A stretch of 64,000 nucleotides of DNA from Bacteroidota bacterium (GTDB lineage Bacteria > Bacteroidota > Bacteroidia > Chitinophagales > JADIYW01). The stretch covers positions 192,041 to 256,040 of the forward strand of contig JADIYW010000028.1 in NCBI GenBank assembly GCA_016705125.1, read 5' to 3'. Positions 19,971 to 28,244 of this stretch are shown here, in pieces. The translations under genes and the position numbers were made by a program. The notes beneath the pieces were generated by a model. The model was not told the origin of the DNA and ran no database searches. It worked only from the letters and a program-made list of their open reading frames with translations. Within the stretch, counting starts at the first letter, position 1. Each line of letters begins with the position of its first letter.

Positions 19971-20175
19971 CAATGAAATAATAAATCAATGAAATAATGA
20001 AATAATTAGCGAATTAAAATGAAGTAATTAAATGTTGAATAGAACCAAGATATTTAGAATCAAGAAAGAAGCAATGAAATAATGAAATAATTAGCGAATT
20101 AGCAAATGGATGGGGAATCAAGAGCCTAGATAGAGCCCAGAATCAAAATAACCAATAACTTTATAACTTATCACT
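19971..20175. repeat. composite word-mosaic repeat (copy A)
   Basis: 30-bp perfect direct repeat caatgaaataatgaaataattagcgaatta at 19987-20016 and 20072-20101. Module aatgttgaatagaaccaagatatttagaatcaagaaag at 20031-20068. Collinear with the inverted copy at 53740-53940. Confidence 0.65.
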
Positions 20176-20236
20176 TTTTCCCAAAAAAAACAACCATTTT
20201 CTCCAACCAAATTACTATTTTTACAAAAAAAACTAA

Positions 20237-22763
20237 ATGTCCACCTCTACTCCTATTTTAAACCAAAAATACATTGAAAAAGCTATAAAAGTTTTTAAAA
20301 AAACGGGGCAGTTTTTTATTGAACGACGCACACTTTTAAGTTCCCTTGTAGCTTCTATATTTGCTGATAAAGCAATAGCACAAAGTGGATTTCCTGTGTA
20401 TGCACCTGCGGTTTTAAAACCTTTTAATTTAGATTTTTATAAATTTAACTCCGATTCTTTAGGCAATAAAATTAAATCATTTAACCTTTTAGACACTGAT
20501 TTAGATGGAGATTTAGATATTTTTGGTATATTAGATTCAAGTGGCTTAAATTTTCCTTTTTTAGTTATTAATGAAGGAAACAAGCAATTTCCTAAATTTT
20601 CTAGAAACATAAATTTATCTCCTTTCGGTTTAGAAAATAATACATTATCCTTTGATTATATTACTTTTAATAACATAATCGATTTTGATAACGATGGTGA
20701 TTGGGATATAATTTTTAGTGAGGCGGATGATTATTTTTCCCGAATTTTAGGCTTGGCAAATATGGGTTCAAATCAAACTCCTTTTTTCAATCCATTACCA
20801 GTAAACATAGGTTTTGGTAATTATGGTGTAAGATGTGTAATTGATTATGACAATGATGGAGATTTAGATATTGGATTGTTTCCAGGTATATCACATGATA
20901 ATTTTGAAGACACAGCCTATTTTGAACATAAGAAAATATTCTTCCTAATAAATTCAGGAATAGCCAATAATATAGACTTTAATCAAGTTTGTATAAATCC
21001 AAATAGTATAATTTCTGCCAAAAACCACGACAAATTTTATGGCGCAGTGGGAGATTTGATTCCTGTTGATTTTGATTCAGATGGAGATAAAGATTTAGTT
21101 GGGATTGGAGGGTATTATACAATAAAATACACTTATGGCTATATAAATCTAAAGTCCTTAGGATTTTTATTTGAAAACAATAATAATACTGAAAAATTTA
21201 CTAAAATAGAGAGTATTGAAACTTTTAATGAAATTGGATTTTTTAATGAGTTTGCTTATGGTGGTTCAGTACCAACAGGCAACCTTTCTCTTTCTTTTGG
21301 AGATTTAGATAGTGATGGAGACCAAGATATAATTTATTATAATGATTATAAAGAAGTTGATTATATTAATCAGTCTAATTTTTTCTTTTTAGAAAACCTC
21401 GGTCATATTAATAATAGAATTATAGGCACTTGTTTTAATGATTTAAATAATGATGGTATGCAACAAGAGGCCATTGAAGACGGCATGGTTAATGTGGTAC
21501 TCAGCTTCGATAAGCAAGGAGGCACACCCCATAAAGGCATTACTATTACTGATACTGCTGGCAAATTCATGTTTCCAGCACTGGATGGTTCGTATATTCT
21601 AAAACCTATTGCACCCAATTATTATACCCCTGCTCCTTTGGAAGTTACCATCAATACTGCCGATGCAGAGTTTGTGTATGAGCGTAACTTTGCCCTCAAA
21701 CCTAATGCCAATATCGCCGATTTGTCGTGTGTAATCACTTCTCCAACCCTGCCCAGGTTTTAAAGTGCCCTACTGGCTTACTTACAAAAACGTGGGTACA
21801 AAGAACCTGACAGGTTCGCTCGTATATACTAAAGACAGCCGATTGACATACCAAACCGCCTCGCAAGCACCTAATTCTCAGGCGGGCAATACCCTTACTT
21901 GGAATTTTGCCAATATAAAACCAAATGAATCCTTTACCATTTATGCCGAAATGCTGCTTTCTGCAAGTGCTAATTTGGGCGATTCACTCACCAATATTTT
22001 GGCGATTTTGCCTTCCATCGGCGACCAAACACCCATCGACAACCAAGACACACTTAAAAGCAATATCGTAGGTTCATTCGACCCCAACGACAAATTGGTA
22101 TCGCCAATTGGGGCAGGCATTAATGGCAATATTCCCATTGGTAATCAGCCGTTGGAATATACAGTGCGATTCCAAAATACAGGAACCGATACCGCATTTA
22201 ATGTAATTGTACAAGACAGTTTGGATCTGGATTTCGACTGGTCTTCACTCAAAATAATGGCATCGAGCCACGAGGTAACGGCTGCTATTAGAAGCAATAA
22301 TAAAATAAAATTCACTTTCGACAATATTTTATTGCCACACAAAGCTGCCAGTGAACCCAAAAGCCATGGTTTTGTAAAATACAGCATACAGCCCAAAGTG
22401 GGATTGGTGGCAGGAACTAAATTCCATAATACTGCTAATATCTATTTCGATTTCAATGCGCCAATCGTAACAAATACAACGATTAACACCTTTTTTGTTT
22501 CTACAGGCGTTTATGATAATATCAACCAATCGTACAGGCTATTTCCCAACCCAATGCACCAAAAAGCGGTATTGCAATTCGACAATTTGCATGGCGAAAC
22601 ATTTGTATTGAAACTAATGGATGCCACAGGCAAAGTAGTAAAAACATACACCGTGGAGGGCAACCAAGCCACCATCGAACGACAAGACTTATCACCTGGC
22701 ATTTATATTTTTAGCCTCGAAGGACAAAAAACACAAAGCGCAGGGAAATTGGTGGTGGAATAG
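20237..22763 (+). pseudogene. FG-GAP/VCBS-repeat surface protein with a T9SS C-terminal sorting domain, split by a +1 frameshift in a T-run
   Basis: Multiple DxDxDGDxD FG-GAP-like repeats, and a C-terminal LFPNP...GIYIFSL...KLVVE sorting domain. Removing one T from T4 at 21758-21761 fuses ...TLPRF to KVPYWLTYKNVGT.... Confidence 0.65.
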
Positions 22764-22778
22764 ATAGAGGAGGATAAT

Positions 22779-22804
22779 CAGTCCGCTGACCGCTGACCGC
22801 CGAC
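22779..22804. repeat. CAGTCC/GCTGACCG word array
   Basis: cagtccgctgaccgctgaccgccgac, in the intergenic spacer. Confidence 0.5.
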
Positions 22805-22846
22805 TAACAACCTTGAACCTAAAATTATAAACTAAACTTAGCACCA

Positions 22847-23965
22847 ATGGAAAATCAAAATAATAAAATAGGACAACCTTCCGCACCATTTAGCTGCACT
22901 TATACCCCTAGCTTTGCTGAGTTATTATTGCAACTAAACTGTTCCTTAGCAGTCAGCACCTATCAGGCAGGCAAATTGATTATTTTAAGTCCGAAAAATA
23001 GCGACCAACTCATACAATTGCCACGTACATTTCCTCGTGTAATGGGCATCGCATTAGAAGGCGACGAAATGGCGGTGGCCACCAAAGATGAAGTAATTTA
23101 TTTGCGCAATTCCGAGCCTTTAGCATGGCATTACCCAAAATCACCAGGAGTATATGATGCTATGTTTGTTCCTCGTGCCACCTACTATACCAGCCACCTC
23201 GACATCCATGATTTGGAATTTGGAAATGGCGAAATTTATGGCGTCAATACCTCCTTTTCTACCATCGTAAAAATTGACAAAAACTATAATTTTACACCTA
23301 TTTGGAAACCTCCATTTATAACTGAATTGGCTTCTGAAGACCGTTGTCATTTGAATGGCATGGCGATGAAGGATGGAAAGCCAAAATATGCTACCGCTTT
23401 CAACAAAGGCAATACGCCACATAGTTGGAAAGAAACTTTAGGCGAAAAAGGTGTTTTAATAGATATTGACACCAACGAAATAATAGTTGAAGGGCTTGAA
23501 ATGCCACACTCACCAAGGCTTTTTGGAGACGATTTATTGGTTTTACAATCCCGAAATGGTGCCATTAGCAAGGTAGATACAAAAACTGGCCAACTAACAG
23601 AAATTAGGCGATTAAATTATTTTGTAAGAGGAATGGATAAAGTGGGCGATTATTTGTTTGTTGGTTTTTCGCGCATACGCAAAAATTCGTCGATATTTGG
23701 AAAACTCGATATTGGCGACCACTCTCCAAATGCAGGCGTGGCTATTATTCACCTTCCTACTGGTGCACAAGTGGCCGAATTGAAATATCTATCTTCGGTA
23801 GAAGAAATATACGATTTGAAAATTATAAAAGGATTCAAACGACCAAATGTATTGAATACCATTAGGCCTGATTTCAAATTAGGTTTATCCATACCTGAAA
23901 CAACCTTTTGGGCACCAATAGAGGCATTCAATGCATTGGATAAAGATCAAAAGAAAGAGGAATAG
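22847..23965 (+). CDS. conserved hypothetical protein, TIGR03032-like
   Basis: 372 aa; N-terminal FSCTYTPSFAELLLQLNCSLAVSTYQAGKLIILS resembles that uncharacterised family as I recall it. Confidence 0.5.
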   Translation: MENQNNKIGQPSAPFSCTYTPSFAELLLQLNCSLAVSTYQAGKLIILSPKNSDQLIQLPRTFPRVMGIALEGDEMAVATKDEVIYLRNSEPLAWHYPKSPGVYDAMFVPRATYYTSHLDIHDLEFGNGEIYGVNTSFSTIVKIDKNYNFTPIWKPPFITELASEDRCHLNGMAMKDGKPKYATAFNKGNTPHSWKETLGEKGVLIDIDTNEIIVEGLEMPHSPRLFGDDLLVLQSRNGAISKVDTKTGQLTEIRRLNYFVRGMDKVGDYLFVGFSRIRKNSSIFGKLDIGDHSPNAGVAIIHLPTGAQVAELKYLSSVEEIYDLKIIKGFKRPNVLNTIRPDFKLGLSIPETTFWAPIEAFNALDKDQKKEE

Positions 23966-24012
23966 AAATTTATATTATGACTTTTTTAGCACTATTTCAT
24001 TTTTCCATTTGC

Positions 24013-25410
24013 CTAAAAAAGATTTTTCATCGTCACTACATTATCTATAACTGATAGGCTGTGTTCATTTATTTCCATACCATAAGTGGTTACAAGTGTT
24101 GTGATTAGCTGTTTACGCGTTTTGCTTATTGCTCTAAATTGCTCTCTTCGATTCCATAATTGTTGAGCATACTTTTTTTCACAAATATTAATGGCATTGT
24201 CCTTTCTATCAATTAATAAATCAATTTGAAAACCCTCTTGAATTTCGTTTCCCTTAATATAAAAACTCGCTGATTCTGAATAAACGCCAGCAATACCAAG
24301 GGCATTTTTTATCCTATCTAGGTGTTTAATACATAAACATTCAAATGCATAGCCAGCCCAAACCTTATATTTTTGTGATTGACTTAAATTTGCCCAAGTA
24401 CCTGATAGAGCAGACCTTGATTTTGCAATAAAACTCAAATAAAAAAGGGAATATTCATCGATTAATCTATAGATAGTGTTACGCTCAATTTTACCAAATG
24501 GCTGGTACGACATTATAAATGAAGCTTCCTCTAAGTCATTTAAAATTCGGGTAAGTCCTCCACCATTTGTATAACCCGATATTTCAATAATTTCTTGCCT
24601 AGTAAGGCCTTTCCACTTTGTGGCCAGCACTTTTACAATTATTTCATAGCCTTCATAATTATCAAATAATGCCTTATATAAATTATTAAACTCGTGCTTG
24701 AGTAAGCCTTGTTCTCCAAAACAAATTCTATCAATTGCAATTATAGCAGTATCACCTCTTATAATTTCATTTAAATAAAATGGAATTCCGCCCATAACCA
24801 TATACAATTGAATAATATCGTATTTTGGAAGCTGAATTTTCTTTCTCTTTAAAAAAGATTCTGTTTCTCCTAAAGTAAATGGTTTAAGTTTTATGTGGTG
24901 CGTAATTCTATTGTGTAATCCACCTCGGTTATTTATAATATTTTTGGTAATCCACGATGCAGCCGACCCGCAAACGACTAATACAATATTTCTATCCACC
25001 GCCCATGCATTCCAAAAGTGGTCTAATGCCGATAGAAATCCTGATTTTGCTGTCGCAATCCATGGTACTTCGTCTAAAAAAATTACTTGCTTTTTTTTTG
25101 TCTTTTTATGTAAAAGAAAGGCTTTTAGTTGGTCAAATGCAATGTCCCAATTTTTTGGCGTTTCTGCCAAAAATGGTACAATATAATGGTTTTCTAAAGT
25201 GCGACTAAAACGTTCTAATTGTTCCTGATTGGATGCCTCTTTTTTTCCTGTAAAATAAAAAAACATATTCGAAGCAAATCCGTGCTTAATTAAAAATGTT
25301 TTCCCGACTCTTCTTCTGCCCGTTACAGCTATAAAATTAGCCCCATTCGTTTTTAAAATTCTATCAAATATTTCTAATTCTGTCTGTCTTCCGCATATCT
25401 CATCTTTCAT
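24013..25410 (-). CDS. AAA ATPase (ATPase_2/DUF234-type) with a C-terminal PD-(D/E)xK-like module
   Basis: Walker A TGRRRVGKTF, Walker B VIFLDEV, C-terminal QIDLLIDR...ICEKKY. I prefer the start MKDEICGRQ (ATG 25410), because the track start at 25452 lies inside an upstream repeat copy. Confidence 0.7.
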   Translation of the reverse strand: MKDEICGRQTELEIFDRILKTNGANFIAVTGRRRVGKTFLIKHGFASNMFFYFTGKKEASNQEQLERFSRTLENHYIVPFLAETPKNWDIAFDQLKAFLLHKKTKKKQVIFLDEVPWIATAKSGFLSALDHFWNAWAVDRNIVLVVCGSAASWITKNIINNRGGLHNRITHHIKLKPFTLGETESFLKRKKIQLPKYDIIQLYMVMGGIPFYLNEIIRGDTAIIAIDRICFGEQGLLKHEFNNLYKALFDNYEGYEIIVKVLATKWKGLTRQEIIEISGYTNGGGLTRILNDLEEASFIMSYQPFGKIERNTIYRLIDEYSLFYLSFIAKSRSALSGTWANLSQSQKYKVWAGYAFECLCIKHLDRIKNALGIAGVYSESASFYIKGNEIQEGFQIDLLIDRKDNAINICEKKYAQQLWNRREQFRAISKTRKQLITTLVTTYGMEINEHSLSVIDNVVTMKNLF

Positions 25411-25417
25411 TATATTT

Positions 25418-25610
25418 GGCTTTAATGTGCAAAAATATGTAATTAGAGCCAAATATAAAAATAGAACCCCAATTTATTTAAAGAAATAATTAGCCTTAAG
25501 TGCCATAAAAAATACAGTTAAAGCCAAATATAGAATCAAATTATTGATTCTTATAGAAAAATATACTTGGCTCTAAGTGCTATAAAAAATATAATTAGAG
25601 CCAAGTATAA
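25418..25610. repeat. three copies of a ~42-bp degenerate repeat, each carrying an internal inverted repeat
   Basis: Copies at 25418-25458, 25492-25533 and 25569-25610. Copy 3 has ggctctaa-N18-ttagagcc. Spacing is 74 and 77 bp. Confidence 0.55.
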
Positions 25611-25663
25611 TATAAAAAATCCATTAAAAAATGATCTATTTTATAAATTAAAAAATATTTTTT

Positions 25664-25677
25664 ACCAAACGTTTGGT
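25664..25677. promoter_or_regulatory. 14-bp perfect palindrome ACCAAACGTTTGGT, candidate operator
   Basis: Read directly. Lies 48 nt upstream of the MCC-beta ATG and overlaps a TTTG -33-like element. Confidence 0.4.
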
Positions 25678-25703
25678 CAAATAAATATTTAATTGCAAAT
25701 TTG
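25672..25703 (+). promoter_or_regulatory. candidate Bacteroidota-type promoter (TTTG -33, CAAATTTG -7-like, 20-nt spacer)
   Basis: TTTG at 25672-25675 and CAAATTTG at 25696-25703, 22 nt before the ATG at 25725. One mismatch to TAnnTTTG. Confidence 0.35.
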
Positions 25704-25724
25704 TAAAAAGAACTATTTTAGCTT

Positions 25725-27332
25725 ATGTCGATAATTAAATCAAAAATCAATACAAATTCGGCTGCATATAAAGATAATTATGCTAAAATGTTGCTTAAAA
25801 TTGAAGAGCTAAACAAGCATTTAAAGCAATCATTGTTTCAAGGGGAAGAAAAACATTTAGCAAAAGCCAAAGCACAAGGCAAATTTTTGGCTCGAGAACG
25901 CATAGAATTATTATTGGATCAAGATTCTCCATTTCTGGAATTAATGCCATTAGCTGGTTTGGGTGTAAAAGGTGGCTTTGGAACGGGTGGAACAATGGTA
26001 TCGGGTATTGGTTATGTATCTGGAAAAATGTGTTTAATTACAGCAAATGTGGGCACCAATAAAGGTGGGGCAATTGATATTGCAACATTAAAGAAAGCAC
26101 TACGCATAAATGAAATTGGGCAAGAGAATAATTTACCAGCTATCAATTTGGTAGAAAGTGCAGGAGCAAATCTGCCCGACCAGGCACAGGTTTTTAATTT
26201 AGGAGGCAATAATTTTAAAGAAATTACAAGACGTTCGAAAAAAGGAATTCCAACTATTTCCATCGTATTTGGTAACTCCACAGCTGGCGGCGCATATATT
26301 CCTGGCATGAGCGATTATACCATTATGATTAAAAACAAAGCTAAAGTGTTTTTGGCTGGCCCGCCATTAGTAAAAATGGCTACAAATGAGATTGTGGACG
26401 ACGAAACACTAGGTGGTGCTGAAATGCATTCCAAAATATCGGGTGTTTCAGATTATTTGGCTCAAGATGAATTGGATGGAATTAGAATAGCTAGGGAGTT
26501 GATAGCAAATTTGACGAGTCCACAGTCGACAGACCACAGTCAACAGTCGACCATTTACAAAGAACCCAATTATCCAATTGATGAATTACTTGGTATTGTT
26601 TCCGTAGACACAAAAGTGCCTTTTGATTGCAGAGAGGTAATTGCTAGGATTGTAGATGGCTCCGAATTTCATGAATTTAAAAAAGAATATGGAACGACCT
26701 TAATCTGTGGTTATGCCAAAATACACGGTTATCCTATTGCAATCATTAGCAATAATGGTGTTTTATTTAATGACTCATCCAATAAAGGAGCACATTTTAT
26801 TCAGTTGTGCAATATGAACAACACGCCAATTATATTTTTACAAAACATAACTGGTTTTATGGTAGGCAAGGAATATGAACAAAATGGAATGATTAAAGAT
26901 GGTGCAAAAATGATAAATGCCGTTTCTAACTCTGAAGTACCTATGTTTACATTAATGATGGGCGCGAGCTATGGAGCGGGAAATTATGCCATGTGTGGGC
27001 GTGCCTATAATCCAAGGTTTTTGTTTTCTTACCCAAATAGTATGATTGCTGTAATGGGAAGTGAACAGTTGGCTGGTGTAATGCAAATGGTAAGTAGAGA
27101 ATCGGCAATAAAAAGTGGACAAACTTTTGATGAAGCCCAAGCTGCACAAATGAAAGAATTTATGAAAGCCGAAATTGAAAAACAAAGCAACGCATTTTTC
27201 GCCTCTGGACAATTGTGGGACGATGGAATAATTGATCCACGTGATACCAGAAATGTTTTCGGTTTGGTATTGGCGCTGACTTATATGAATGAAGTAAAAG
27301 GAACAAACGCATGGGGCGTGTTTAGAATGTAG
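25725..27332 (+). CDS. methylcrotonyl-CoA carboxylase beta subunit (carboxyltransferase)
   Basis: 535 aa; two crotonase-like carboxyltransferase domains (VESAGANLPDQ, GNSTAGGAYIPGMSDY, GPPLVKMATNE, LGGAEMH, NITGFMVGKEYE). Confidence 0.88.
   Translation: MSIIKSKINTNSAAYKDNYAKMLLKIEELNKHLKQSLFQGEEKHLAKAKAQGKFLARERIELLLDQDSPFLELMPLAGLGVKGGFGTGGTMVSGIGYVSGKMCLITANVGTNKGGAIDIATLKKALRINEIGQENNLPAINLVESAGANLPDQAQVFNLGGNNFKEITRRSKKGIPTISIVFGNSTAGGAYIPGMSDYTIMIKNKAKVFLAGPPLVKMATNEIVDDETLGGAEMHSKISGVSDYLAQDELDGIRIARELIANLTSPQSTDHSQQSTIYKEPNYPIDELLGIVSVDTKVPFDCREVIARIVDGSEFHEFKKEYGTTLICGYAKIHGYPIAIISNNGVLFNDSSNKGAHFIQLCNMNNTPIIFLQNITGFMVGKEYEQNGMIKDGAKMINAVSNSEVPMFTLMMGASYGAGNYAMCGRAYNPRFLFSYPNSMIAVMGSEQLAGVMQMVSRESAIKSGQTFDEAQAAQMKEFMKAEIEKQSNAFFASGQLWDDGIIDPRDTRNVFGLVLALTYMNEVKGTNAWGVFRM
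26520..26552 (+). repeat. GTCGAC-word stretch read in frame (PQSTDHSQQST) in the inter-domain linker
   Basis: ccacagtcgacagaccacagtcaacagtcgacc. Confidence 0.6.
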
Positions 27333-27430
27333 GGGAATTTATGATTTATGATTTGGGATTTATGATTTGGGGATAGGAATGAAGAATTTAAGAATTAGGA
27401 TAAGGAATTTAAGATTTGAAAATTTAAAAA
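27333..27430. repeat. ATTTATG/ATTTGGG/AATTTAAG word array with no cargo ORF
   Basis: Starts right after the MCC-beta stop: gggaatttatgatttatgatttgggatttatgatttgggg...aggaatttaagatttgaaaattt. Confidence 0.6.
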
Positions 27431-27731
27431 AAATGGATTTTTACTTTATAGAATAGAAAATATATTATTTACACAATAATAGGGCTACCCTTTTGCAATT
27501 ATTTTACAAAAAGTTAATTGAATCACTGGCTAATTATCATGTGAAGAAATCACTTGGATTAAATAAATTTAGTCCATACAAGAGGCTTGAATCTATTTAC
27601 TTGGATTGAATTTTATAAATTTTATAAATGAATTTAAAAAAGGAGCAAATAGTTGACCAATATTTAAAGAATTCTAAAAACATAATAAATAATAAACATT
27701 AATTAATTTAAAAAACCTAAATCAAAAATAA

Positions 27732-28211
27732 ATGAATAAATTAACAAAAACGCTAAAACAATTAGATTTTCTTCCAGAAGGAATCAGGATGAAAACCATT
27801 TCCTTTATACTAGGAAATACAGTTAAATATGTGGGAACTTCTGGGGTAGATTTTGAAAAAATAACGCCAAATGAATTGATTGTTTCCTTGCCAAATAAAA
27901 GCAAAGTACGCAATCATATCGGTCAAATACATGCTGCAGCCACTACCCTTTTGGCCGAAACTGCTACAGGAATAATTGTAGGTGTAAATATTCCTGACAA
28001 TAAAATTCCACTAATGAAAACATTGAAAGTGGATTTTATAAGAAGAAGTAAAGGCAAACAAACAGCTGTTTCTACTCTTTCTGAAGAACAAATAAATTTA
28101 ATACAAACAACAGATAAAGGCGAAACACTTGTGCCCGTAAAAGTAACAGATGAAACAGGACAAGAGGTGGTAAAAGCAGAAATGCTATGGGCTTGGATAT
28201 TGAAAAAATAA
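27732..28211 (+). CDS. hotdog-fold protein (DUF4442/PaaI-like thioesterase)
   Basis: 159 aa; NHIGQIHAAATTLLAETATG core typical of hotdog thioesterases. Confidence 0.6.
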   Translation: MNKLTKTLKQLDFLPEGIRMKTISFILGNTVKYVGTSGVDFEKITPNELIVSLPNKSKVRNHIGQIHAAATTLLAETATGIIVGVNIPDNKIPLMKTLKVDFIRRSKGKQTAVSTLSEEQINLIQTTDKGETLVPVKVTDETGQEVVKAEMLWAWILKK

Positions 28212-28244
28212 AAAATTTGAAATTAAAAAACAATTATAAATCAC

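Noticed and set aside
21755-21767. Programmed ribosomal frameshifting as the explanation for the split ORFs (also at 33991, 59209 and 63936)
   Set aside because: There is no shared slippery heptamer plus downstream structure. The lesions are heterogeneous (+1, -1, deletion, nonsense) and occur in unrelated gene families. Mutation, phase variation or sequencing error are simpler explanations.
27333-27430. Word arrays (here and at 19971-20175, 41247-41415, 52151-52266, 53570-53940) considered as CRISPR arrays
   Set aside because: There is no constant-length repeat alternating with unique spacers. The units are 7-10 nt degenerate words in direct contact, and no cas genes are in the window.
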